Positions 1 to 12,400 of a stretch of DNA of 64,000 nucleotides are shown here, one piece after another. Below the pieces are notes generated by a model that saw nothing but the letters and a program-made list of their open reading frames with translations, searched no databases and was not told where the DNA came from. Position 1 is the stretch's first letter. Each line of letters opens with the position of its first letter. A program made the position numbers and the translations under genes. This stretch comes from Lama guanicoe (taxonomy: Eukaryota), in the NCBI GenBank assembly GCA_013239625.1, contig MU053504.1:1366001-1430000 (forward strand), written 5' to 3'.

Positions 1-1470
1 TTAACACAGAACCTACTCCCGATGCGTCTCCAAAACATATGGAAGGCTTTTTAAAGCCACAGATGCTCTTGTCAGTAAGATCAGCTGCAGTCCAGCCATC
101 GATGCCCTGAAAGACTGGTTCAGAGAGGAAAACCACTTAGTGTGGAGCTGAGGAAAATGTTTGAAATCACCTAATCACCTAGTTTTTCCCTATGGGGCAG
201 GAAATGGAAAAAAGGTGATATTTTGTTGTAATATCACCAACAGAAACAAGATCAAAAATGAAATGGACATGTTTGGACACTGATGGAAGGGAAAAAAAAT
301 AGGTTTATAAAACATTTTCTCTGAGAAACCAGGAAACTTGCATTGGTTTGACAGTGGTCCATTGGTGTCCCCAGAGTCCCAGCATCCCTGTCTACTGCAC
401 TCACTCCTGTCCCTCCTCTTTGCTGGCTGCTGGTCTAAAGTTTGCCCCTCTCCAACTCTGAATGTTTGTTACAGATGTAAAGCTCTTTCCTTCGATTGTA
501 TGCTGATGAATCACCATTGCGGTATTTGATTTTTAAAGCAATGAAAGCGTATCTGAACACGTCGGTGGGACTAGGGTGTGGGGGAGTGCTGAGGAAGGTG
601 GTCAGCCTTTAACCTAGAAAACTCCAGCAGCCTCTATTCCTGCCCTCATTTATCTTCTCTTTCTTGAAGTATTCCCTAGAATGACACCAGCTGCTGTAAC
701 AGAAAGGCCTAAGACAGCTCATGGCTCAAACACAATACAAATGTACTCCTCGCTCAGCGTAAGGTCCAAATATGTTTCCACCTGATGGCTACTTTCTCCT
801 CAAGGGATGATGTGGGGAGCCCTGGCTCTGTCCATCCTGTGACGGCACCTGCATCGAGCTGGGACGGGGAGGAGCCTAGAGGACACACATGGACCTGGTG
901 CACATCAAAGCCTGGACTTTGGCCACAGATCACACCATCCACAATGGAAACTTACTCCATTTCTGTGGCCCAGGAACTGGGTTTGGTGAAGAACAAGCCA
1001 GGAATTGCCCCCAACTTGGAGTGAGGGGAGGAAGGAAACAGTGAGTGAAAGAGCTGGAAATGGATCTGAGTTCCAGGAGCACTGTCCTGGGGTTGATCCA
1101 AACAGCTTCCACAAGCCTTCCTCTCGTCATATCTGACCCTGGTAGCTGCCTGTGAGGCTGTTGTTATTATTGCTCCAATTTTATTCTCAAGAAAAACCAG
1201 GCTTAGAGAATCTAGCCTAAGAGCAGCATTCAAAGTCTAGTTCTCCAGCCAGCAGATCCTACTCGTCCAACACGTCTGTTTATGCCAAAGTTAGGTCAAA
1301 GTGCCCCTAGATGCCTGAGGGTGATCCCTTCTCACATCTCACATCTCACATCACCAGATCGGACTGAAATCTACCTACAGCACAGGGCAGCTCCAGAGAG
1401 GTCCAAGTCCATACCAGGAAGCTGTAGGGAAGCCTTGCACATCCTCATTCTTGTCTTGTTCATTTTCCAG

Positions 1471-1688
1471 GGACCATGCGTCACTCTGCCAGCCAAAGCC
1501 AGACCCTCGACCAGAAGGCACAGGGCCCTGGGGCCTCCAGTTCTGCGGGCAAGGCTGTGCCGCCCGCCTCTCAGCACCTTCCTATATCTCGGCCCCCTGG
1601 CGCCAGACCAGGCTCTGGCCAAGCCCGGCCTCAGGCTCATCCTTGGAGGTCAGCCTCTGGAAAGAGTGCTCAGAGACCTCGCCACTGA
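1471..1688 (+). CDS. TMC2: TMC2 terminal coding exon (upstream exons outside window)
   Basis: Acceptor ttcattttccag|1471. Translates ..SASQSQTLDQKAQGPG..HLPISRPPG..HPWRSASGKSAQRPRH* (TGA 1686-1688), resembling the recalled human TMC2 C-terminus. Position upstream of NOP56 fits synteny. Confidence 0.85.
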
Positions 1689-3741
1689 CCACGGGGACTG
1701 GCAGAAGCCGCGTCCTGGGGTTAATCCTCAGGCCCCATCGGCTCACAGCCCCCAGTCGTTCTCTCTTCCTCTCTTCTCTCATCGAATGTGGGAACTTTGA
1801 TTACTCGATCTCAGGCCTTGTTGGCTACCAAAACAGAAGGACCATGGCTTCATCCACCCTTTAGGAGGGCGGGGCCTCCCCAGTTCCTGGCTCAGGCGGC
1901 TTGGACCTGCACTCACAGCAGTTTCCCTCGGCTCCAGACTTTGCGGGGAGGAGCTGGGCCGGGCCCACCATCATAGGCTTTTCTCACGGAGCTCATGTTG
2001 GGACCCAGGCTTCTGCCAGCGCCACCTACTGGGCAAGGCTTGGTGGCTCCTGGGACCCTCAAGACGCAGGAAGCTTCCAGCGAGCTAGGAAGCTGGGTAG
2101 AGGAGGAGGGCATAAGTGAGAGGAGGGGTGTTGATGTAGGGTGCTTTACAGCTGGGATGCATCGTGAGAAAACAGTCTAAAGGTTCCCTTCATCCCTGCA
2201 TTCTCGGGTTTGACCTTCCAGCTCATTCCATCTTAAAGCTTCGCTATTCAGCCTGTCCAGGGGTCATCAGGCATGAAAACCATTCTTCTTTCCTTCCTTC
2301 CTTCCTCTCTTTCTTTCTTTCCTCAACTCACCTAAGAATGACTTGAACTAGAAAGTCTATTTAACAGTTTCTCCAGAGAAATGTAACTGGTATCTTACTG
2401 GAATTACCCGAATCTGTCTGTGCATTCCGTACTGGAGGGAAATGAAACAGACCCTGAATCTTACCTGTCAGAGGCAGTTTTACAGGCTGATCTTTCATTT
2501 CTAATAACCTACACGCTCAATGTCCATAAGGAGCTCCACTGCACAGAGTCGTGTAGGTAGGAACACATTTCTAGTGAAGATCAAGGGGACGCCTGATCGC
2601 CCTGTGACTCACACACTCACAAAAACTGGAAGTGATGCACCAGCCAGTAGGCGGACCTGGGCAGGGTACCAAGTGCATCCATGATACTGGTGATCCTCGA
2701 CTCACATAGGCTTTGTAGAGCCCCAGCCAAAGCTGGCGCACCAAAGTTCCACATGCTCTAGAAGGGACAAGAAGGAATAAACCCACCACACAGAAAGGAA
2801 CATTAGTCTCTCTCGACTCCAGCAGAAAGTGGAGGAGAAAGTCTCCCTTGAGAACTTATATCCACAAGGCAGCCCTCACACAGAGGGTCTAAGTCCCCAT
2901 GCCAGCTGTGTGTTTAAAAAAACTCAAATGGAAAATTTTAAGTGATCTTAAGTTAATAGTGCCTCCAAGAAAAGGGGATGGGTACAAAGAAACAAAAACC
3001 AGCCCAACAAGTAGAAAGCATATAAGACAACAGAAATAAATCAAAATATATCAAGAATCAAAATAAATGCAAATGGACCAAACCCTCCAGACAGAAGACA
3101 AAAATTATCAGATGGATATTTTTAAATTCCATGTGCTATTTCCAAAGGATACATTTAAAACCTAAGGATAGGGTGTGTATGGACTTTACCCCTTTTGGGT
3201 CCAGGAAATACAGTCTTCAAGGGCAAAATCACCAGGTGTGTGAGTGTAAGTTGGAATTGATTTTGAGTGCTGAGGATTCCTACTAAAGACAGCTGTCTGC
3301 AGTCTTGTGCCAGACTTGTGGAAAATGTAAAGAAAAGCCCAAGATCGTAGCTGGGCAGGTGAGGTATCTAGAGCGTGCCCGATCTCTCTACCGCTGACTG
3401 TGTCTGGAGAATGAGCCATATAAACCTAACCTCCAAATTCTATTGTGAAGTTTCAACAAGCATCTGACGCACGTGAGACTAAGTGCCACGCATTAGGCTG
3501 ACTGCTCAGTGAGTAACAGATGTCAGCACAGACATCCTCAGGCTCGGCACTGAATGAACAAAGCTTTTCTCCTGGACTCCTGAATGATCTTCCTAGAATG
3601 CTTCCCATTCTTGCCTCTATCTAAAGCAATGTTGCATATATGTGTAACTCATTACCAAAGAATGTTGCAGGGTTTCTTTGGCCTAGGAATTGCTAGAAGC
3701 CTCTGAAATTTGATGTGAAAAATTCGCATCAAATGAGTACA

Positions 3742-3760
3742 GCGCCGCCATCTTGTGGTT
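3742..3760 (-). promoter_or_regulatory. Candidate CTCF/YY1 site
   Basis: Minus strand CCACAAGATGGCGGCGC: CTCF-like core containing a YY1 AAGATGGCGGC match. Confidence 0.5.
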
Positions 3761-5349
3761 GCTTCATGCAACTTCCTTTCCTGACGCTCTCCAGTCCCTG
3801 GTACATTAAACAGCACATTCACTTCCGCAGTAAAAACTCTGGGTTAATTTACACCAGAATGACACAGTGAGCCATAGGCTGCGCTAAGTAAAAGAGGAAT
3901 GGATGCTGTAGTGTGTTGTCCTTCCCAATGGATGAACACAGAGAAAGAAAAGGCCCACGTGACTTTGCAAGGCTGGAGCCTGGAGCACCCCCAGGAAACC
4001 CGCAACTCCCGGTCGACTTGCTGCCCAGGCAGGACATCTTCCCAGCTGGAATTTGTTGGGAAATCTGTCTTGCATATCACCTTCCAACTACTCTCCAATC
4101 AAACACTGCTTTATGGAGAACGAGAGTCTCACCAGACCCAAGCCATTCATCCAGACTTTGTTCAATGTTCGAGGTCTTACCTACAGCCTTTAGTCTTGTG
4201 ACCGACTAGTGACCAGGGTGAGTCTTACGTCTCTAGCAGTTTCTTCTCTTCTCTCTGACATTTGCTTCCACTAACTTTCCATCCTCCATCTCCAAATGAC
4301 CTACACATCTTTCTATGAATACCTAAACTCCCTTCCAGCCATGAAGTCTTTCTCGGGAACCCTGGCCCGGACTGCTTCTGGTCAGCCTCTCACACTGCTG
4401 CACTTCCCCACTTCATTATTACAGTCTCTGAAGTAAGAGGTCATGGGTTAGTAGTAGCACTGCTTTTATTATCCTCCCAGGTCCCTGCATTGCTTATCCT
4501 CTTGCTTAAGATCTCTGCCCAAAATGTTGCCTCCTCACTGCCAGCCTCTGTAAAACAATGCAACATTCTTTAACACTTACAAACATTTGATGCATGGCAT
4601 ATTTTCTTGATTTTTGTCTCCCCCTGGGATGTAAACTCCATGTGGGTAGGGACTTAGTTTTGTTTATTACTGTATCCCCAGCACCTAAAAAGATATGTAG
4701 CATGCAATAGGTACACAAAAACTTTTTTTAAGTGAACGGAAAAACTGATTGATTCTGTAGCTTCTTGAACACCGACAGCTATTGCTAACTCCTCATCTGC
4801 AGATGTTAGACCACACAGTCTCCCAAGGTGCCCACTAACTCAAAACTTGCCTGTGTTCTCAGAGTCCCCAGAAAAAGACCAGCTGGATTGCACAGCTTAG
4901 TCTGGGTTCTGAGAAGGTGAATAGATGTAGCTCTGGGCTCATTTCTCTGCTCACTCCTCCCGCCACCCGCCACCACTCCAATCTTACTGTTAGTGAAGTG
5001 TCTGCAGCCTAAAATGAGTCTCCTGGGTCCAATACATGTAGAGTGATGCCAGCTCTCAGGGCCACACCAGCACTTACAGAACTAGGCTGAAGCTGACAGA
5101 AGCCGGAACAATACAACCACAGTAGGAAATCTGAGGTTAGGAAGCCCAACAGCTCGGGTACCAAAAATTGTTCTGATCAACAGCATCTTGCCTCCTCATC
5201 CAAAAAGTAAGTAATGTCCTCACCAGTGCAACATCAGATGCAACCATGCAGTGATGGGTGGCTGGGGTTTTTCGAAGAGAAAGAGGAGGAAATAACGCTT
5301 AGAAAGCCGCAATGGAACGCAAAGAGGACTTCAGCCTTTAATATCCATC

Positions 5350-5755
5350 TGAACAATGTATGGGTCATAGAAGCAATCATAATTGAAACTAGAATAAATT
5401 TGGAATTGAATTATCATGAAAATACTGCACATTAAAATTTGCAGAATACAACTAGAACAGCACTTAGAGGGAAACGCATATTGAAGAAAAGTTTCAATGA
5501 GCCAAACATCCATATTAAGAAATGAAACAGAGAACAGCAAAATAAAGCCAAACAAGTAAAAGGAAGGAAATAATAAATATAAGAGCAAAAACTAATTAAA
5601 AAGAAAATAAACATACAACAGAGACAATCAACAAAATCAAAAGTTCATTGTTTGAAAAGGTAAGATTAAATATTTTCTGACAAGACTGATGAACTAAAAA
5701 AGAAGATAAAAATAAATATTAAGGATAAAAAGATCACAACTTTAGATGCTGCAGG
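5350..5755 (+). mobile_element. L1 ORF2 fragment
   Basis: A-rich, cagcacttagagggaaa..aatcaacaaaatcaaaagtt motifs. Confidence 0.65.
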
Positions 5756-8439
5756 AAACATAATGTTCTCCAGTTCAAATTTACATTTTAGACTTTGTCG
5801 GCTACATATAGCCTTTGTTACATACTATTTTTTTTAAATCCTTTAAAAATATGAAAATCGTTCTTGGCTCTTGGGCCCTACAAAAACAAGCCATAGGTCA
5901 GATTTGGTCCCAGGGTCATAGTTTGGCTGACTCCTGCTCTAGGGGTGGGACACTCAGCCCAGTGCAATGGTCATACAGCACAGGAAAGCTAATCCATCAT
6001 TCATGAGGGAAGGGCTAGGATCAAAGTTGCTCTGGTAATGAGCCTGGTCCTCCCTGCCTGTATGTGGCAGGCAGGTGATCCCAACAACCATGCAGTGAGG
6101 AAATACACGGTGTCACCTGGCATGGAACCACTAAAGGCCTGAAGTAAGGAGACCCAGAGCTCAGAGATTTTGAACATCTGGCTGAGATGAGTGTGTCTCA
6201 AAGGATAGAGTGCACAGGCCCAGGGGCCAGTCCCCAGCAGCATTTTACAGCAGGGCTTGATGGGGTCCCAAGACACAGCACAGGAACCTGAGCACAAAGA
6301 ACTGAGATGTCCCCCCTTTTCCCTCAGCCAGACTATGAGAGTGCTCTCACAAACCCAGTGCCATCTGGAAAAGAGCTGGAGAGAGGACATCTGAAAGGCT
6401 CTTGGCAACACTGTTTAAATCAGAAAACAAACGAGATAGCAATCATTGGCAAGTTTACACAATGAACATATTTTCCAGGTTCTGATGTTTAATCAGTAAA
6501 CTGTCCTTCTACTGCTACTAGAAGTTGGAAAGTGGAATGCATAACTGATTTACCATGTGAAACTCAACTGTTTAGAGATGCCCTGTCTACATGTGTAAGT
6601 TAATGGCTAAAGTGATAGAAATGAATCAGAGCAGCTGGATGTATAAAAAAAATGGGGTTTTAGTAGACTCTAGGGGAGGTGATGGGAGAACTGGGACTCA
6701 ACCGATTAATAAGTAAAATGAAATGTTGTCGTGCTGTTTACTGATAAAGGGGACAAAAGAGCAAGATGAAAGTCCACTAACATTTGTTGAGTTCCTACTA
6801 CATGCCAGGTACCACACCTGCGTCACATCTGGCCTCTAGTAGACGTTCAGTACAATGTTTACTGAAGGGATGAATGGCTCCTCCATCTTCATTCGGCAAA
6901 AGAAAGTTCAGAAAGGTTGGGTGATTGACTTAAGGTCACACGGTAAGTAGCAGCGCTGGAGTCTGAACCCAGTTTTGCTGACTGAGTAATATCTACTGCT
7001 GCTTAACAATGCATCCCAAAACTCAGTGAAGCTACCAAATAGCTCAAAGGGAAGGGAGGTATGGTCTTTGACATCACATGCCGCAGAGATGCCCATCCAG
7101 GTCAGGATTAGGAAGCATCAGGGGAGACAGTTTAGTAAAGAGAGGGAGGTAAGGAAGCTGAAGAAATATTTTTAATGTTCATGCCAATGTCTGCATCTAA
7201 TCATAAGCCTTTCTGTCTTGCTAGCTGAAGTGCACTTTTCTTTAGCCACTTAAGTTAGCGAACTGCTTTAGCACAGTTCCTTTATAACCAGAGGACTCAA
7301 ATCTATCCAAAATATGACTGTGGTCAACTTTGAGCTCAGTGACTCTCAGGCTTTTTCTATCTAATCCCCAGTAACGTGCATTTAAATAACATTTATATGC
7401 TAAATATATTTGTACCTGTCTATGTGTATGTTTATACATATGTATACGTATGAATGTTGAACCGAGACAAAAGTTTTACAAATCAATACTCCTTATTCTA
7501 TGTAACATACTATTATTTCCTATATTCTTTCAACCTACTTTTTTTTAATGCTGGCCAGTAATGTCTAAGTTAATTCTGCAATTCATTAATGGATTCCAAC
7601 TTCTCCTTTGAAACCCCCTACTGCAGGAGATAAACACCTGTAACCCCAGGAATATTTAGGATTAAGTATAGAAATAATGAGGTAAATCAAAGTCACAGCA
7701 TCAATATTTTCCATTACATTTCCAAAACTTTTATTTAATTTGGCATTTATAATGTTTCGGAAAATTTAACATACTGATGTAGTAATTTTGGAACTTCATT
7801 CCAAAACGTAAAAAGGAGTAACTGATTCCGACTCATCATTGTAAGTGGGTACATGTAATAAAATTTAAGCACATTTGTAAGGAATATTGAGACTGAGACT
7901 TTAAGATTAATCAACCAATATTTTAAAATTTAACCTATTAGGTTTTAAGAGTGAGCTCAGTATTTGGATTTTGTCAAGTAGGTGAACTGCTTAAGAAGAA
8001 AATATCTTAAATTTATAAATGCACTTCAGCTATGGGAATTTAAATTATAAAAATCCCCTTAAAATATCTTTAAATTTACTAGCATATATACTATTTGTGG
8101 GTAACCAGGTTTTGTTTATTACTGTAACTCCACCATTAATTTTTATAGCAAAATTAATTTCAAAATAGTCGCCTGAGTGTCCAAAGCCGCCCCCGAGGAC
8201 AGGGAAGCAGCTCCAGTTCACTCAGAACTAACCGGCGTTAAGAATTCAGGGCCCTTCCCCAGGGCCAGCAACACGTGGCCCGGCAAATGGAGCAGGATTC
8301 TGTCCAAGCAGGGGAACGAGAAACCGACCTAGAAGGAAGTGGGGTCGTCCTTCTTTCCTACTTCATCACCTTCCTCCCTCATTTAAAGTAAGTAAAAATA
8401 TAACTTAAAAGCACAGAGCCAGTCACGAGGAATCACATT

Positions 8440-9420
8440 GCATCAGGGTCTGCCCAGCGCGCCCCAGGCCCCGCTTCCGCCCGGGTGAGGAAGGGAGGGC
8501 GTCCAGACCCCGGGTTCCGGAGAGGGATGACCACGAGCAGCAGGTGGGGAGGAAGGGGTCCTGGGGCGTGGGGTGCAGGGCGGGCACGGGTCGCGAGGTC
8601 CGCGGCGCTGCGGCAAGCGGGCTCCGCAAGTTTCCGCTGGGAAAGGTCGCCGCGGCCCGCGCTGGGCCTCCCGCCCGGATTTCACCCAGCTCTGCTGCCT
8701 ATAATTTATATGATGAAAACATGAAGGACTGGACAGTTATCCAGAAAAGTGCCTTTCCAAACCGTTTGGCTGCCTGCAGGGCCCGGCCCGGCCCGAGCGT
8801 CCAAGGTAACCGCGCCACAGCGGAGACCGGAAAAGGCCAGCCCGCCCGCGCTCGCGCCCCAGCCTCGGCCCCGCGGGCCGTACCACCCCGGCGGAACCCC
8901 CCACCGAGGCCCGGAAAGGTATCGTCCCCGGCTTCTGATTGGCCGACGCCGCAGGGGCGTGGCCTCCGGAGCCCGGTTCAGCGCGCCAGAGCCTGCTCGC
9001 CGCAGTGCGAGCCGGGCCGGGAGCGAGCGCCATGGTGAGGAGTGGTTGCTGGGCGCGGGTGATGCGGAGGCCGTGATTCGGGCCTGAGTTTGGGCTGGAG
9101 CCCGAGCCGGGGCCGGGGTCTGCCCCGGGAGCCGGGCAGGGCGAACTCGGGGGCCCCGCTAACGCTTACGCCTTGTCTCCCTTTCTAGGTGCTGCTACAC
9201 GTGCTGTTCGAGCACGCGGTCGGCTACGCGCTTCTGGCGTTGAAGGAGGTGGAGGAGATCAGCCTGCTGCTTCCGCAGGTGGGTGGACGCGGTGGCCTCA
9301 GCAACTGCGCCGCAGCCCCTCGGGCCGCGCGGGCCCCAGCATGCACTGCGCGCTCCCACGTGGCCGGCCGCGCGTTGTGGGGTGCGCAGGGCCCGAGGGC
9401 TCGGGACCAGGGGGTCCTCA
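8440..9420 (+). promoter_or_regulatory. NOP56 CpG-island promoter
   Basis: CpG-dense. Inverted CCAAT (ATTGG 8938-8942), GC box GGGGCGTGGC 8954-8963, E-boxes CACGTG at 9198 and 9357 (and 8272 just upstream). Confidence 0.85.
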
Positions 9421-12400
9421 CCTGCATTTGTGATTAGAATCACATTAGGAGCATTTAAAAGCAAGCCTGAACGCCGCCCCATACCGAAAAAGCGGAACCG
9501 GGACTTAGGACCCATGATGCGTTCGGCTGGTACTTTCGTGGATTCAAGTCTGAGAGCTGCTGCTGCTTTACTGCGCCCTAGAGGCAAAAGCAAGGGAAGG
9601 AAACCACCTACTGTTTCTCCCCCCAGGTGGAGGAGTGCGTGCTGAATCTGGGCAAGTTCCACAACATCGTTCGTCTCGTGGCCTTTTGTCCCTTTTCCTC
9701 GTCTCAGGTTGCCTTGGAAAATGCCAACGCTGTGTCTGAAGGTGAGTTGGCCACTGAGTATTTTAGAGAGAGAAGCCGAGATGTAGTTTCTGCTTCTCTT
9801 GTCCTCCTAGGCTAGGGAGCTTGTGATAATACCCAGTGGTACCTGATGTGAACAGGTTGTAATTTTAAATAGCCTTCACAGAGCTCAAGGTCTGGTGAAT
9901 ATGACTAAATGTTACATTTAAAGTGCACAATCCAAGATGTATAGGCTTTATTTCCTGAGGGCACTGTAAGAAGTGGCTTTTTAAAAATTTTTTTAAATTT
10001 TAGTTTTGGGGGGATAGGTAATTAGGTTTATTTTTTAATGGAGGTACTGGTGATTGAATCCAGGACCTTGGGCATGCTAGGCATGCACTCTTATCACCAA
10101 CCTATACCCTCGCCCTGATAAGTGATGCTTAAATGAAATCTCGTAGCTGGCAGAGACTGGTAGGCTAAATCCAATCATGTAGTTCTCTACTTCTCTGTTA
10201 AATTGACTGGAAAGGGTGATTTTGATACCAAAAGCCAAGAGAAAGAGGTTAGGTCCTAGAAGGCAAATTGGATACTGACTACTTTGTACTGTAGGTATGC
10301 TTTAAGCTTTCATACTTCCGTTACTAGGCCAGAATCCTTTTCTTCCTGTGCAGGCTTTGCAGTGATGACGTGAATCTGTCAATCCCCTGAGTGTAATCAC
10401 TGATGTCTCCATGTCTCTGAGCAAAGCCTGAAGGGGAGGGATATAGGCATGCCATCCTAGCATGCTCTGTGAGACCAATGTCAGATAGGTCTCTCAATCG
10501 ACAGTTGAGGGGACAAGGATCTCTTATGATTTAAGCATCCTTCCGCATGTTAGTGGGAGCTCTGTTCTTTGCCCTGAGGTGTTGTTCATGAGGACCTCCG
10601 CCTGCTCTTGGAGACTCACCTGCCAGCCAAAAAGAAGAAAGTACTCTTGGGGGTTGGGGACCCCAAGATTGGTGCTGCTATACAAGAGGAGTTAGGATAC
10701 AACTGCCAGACTGGAGGTGTGATAGCCGAGATCCTGAGAGGTGAGACCACCCACTAACATTCTTTGGAGGGGTGGTAATTAGGTTTATTTTTTAACGGAG
10801 GTACTGGGGATTGAACCCAAGACCTTGCACATGCTAAGCATGTGCTCTACTGCTGAGCTATGCCCTTCCCCCCATCTAACATTGTTGACATTTTGGGGTA
10901 AGGGTCTTCCAGAACTTGTTACGGTGCTTAAGGTTGCTTCTGAGAAGCCCTCCTGTTTGGCTGGTGCCCATGGGTGCAGGAGCTTGTTCAGAGTCCTTTT
11001 TCCTTGCTCACAGTCTTGCCTTCCTCCAGGAGTTCGTCTGCACTTCCACAACCTGGTGAAAGGTCTGACCGATTTGTCTGCTTGCAAAGCGCAGCTGGGG
11101 CTGGGGCACAGCTATTCTCGTGCCAAAGTTAAGTTTAATGTGAACCGGGTGGACAATATGATTATCCAGTCCATTAGCCTTCTGGACCAGCTGGATAAGG
11201 ACATCAATACTTTCTCCATGCGTGTCAGGTAAAGTGCAGGGGCAGCCCCTGAGAAACAAGGTCTTTGGTCTGTGGTTTAGCTAATTCTGAATCCTGAGAT
11301 CAGGACTGGCTCCTGTGGGTAGAACCTGTGGGGTAGGGCTGGGCCTCCTGGTGCTTACCACAGGCTGTGTTCTTACACCGACTGTATAGAAAGAGGAGGC
11401 AGAGTGAATCCACCCCATGTACACCTCAGCCCAGGCCCTTTGCCTGGTCTGTATTGTGAATGGGGGGACATGGAGTTAAGGTTTTGGATCTATCTTGTTC
11501 CCTTTCCTCCGGGCAAAGAGTAGGTATGGAGAGGGCTAGGCTGTAGCTTTATTTGAGACGTGGCAGCTGGGCCAGGGAGTGATTGTGGCTCGTTGCAGGG
11601 AGTGGTATGGGTATCATTTTCCCGAGCTGGTGAAGATCATCAATGACAATGCCACGTACTGCCGCCTTGCTCAGTTCATTGGAAATCGACGGGAGCTGAA
11701 TGAAGAAAAGTTGGAGAAGCTGGAGGAGCTGACAATGGATGGGGCCAAGGCTAAGGCTATTCTGGATGCCTCGAGGTCCTCCATGGGTCAGTACAGAGCC
11801 TGGCAGCCAAAATAAGGTACGGGGCTCTGAATACCTGGCTCCTGCATTCACACTTGGTGTCCCTTAGGCATGGACATATCAGCCATTGACTTGATAAACA
11901 TCGAGAGCTTCTCCAGTCGTGTGGTGTCTTTGTCAGAGTACCGCCAAAGCCTACACACTTATCTGCGATCCAAGATGAGCCAAGTAGCCCCCAGCCTGTC
12001 GGCCCTAATTGGGGAAGCGGTGCGTCACGGGGAACACGAAAATGGGGGATTAAAGAATTACCGTGCATATTCATACTGTTATACTTGCTGACCCGTCATA
12101 TCTTCCCCAGTTGTACTTGATGGGGAGGAGGTGAAGCAGGATTACACAGTTGGTAGGTTGGCAGTTCCAATTCCTCTAATTCCTTGGCTCTTTCTCCAGG
12201 TAGGTGCACGTCTTATTGCTCACGCTGGCAGTCTCACCAACCTGGCCAAGTATCCAGCATCCACAGTGCAGATCCTTGGGGCTGAAAAGGCCCTGTTCAG
12301 GTACCAGTGAGGGCACCTGCCCACACTCAGGTGCCACTTCTGGTGCCCATTGCTTGTTTGGGGATCACGGTGATGGCTGACCAGGGCTCCCTGACCTATA

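Noticed and set aside
1282..1864. 172-aa and 137-aa ORFs overlapping the TMC2 exon
   Set aside because: Alternative frames; only the frame ending at 1688 resembles TMC2.
7660..8170. AT-rich block upstream of NOP56 with minus-strand AATAAA
   Set aside because: Could be an old repeat or the end of a divergent transcript, but I cannot assign it from sequence alone.
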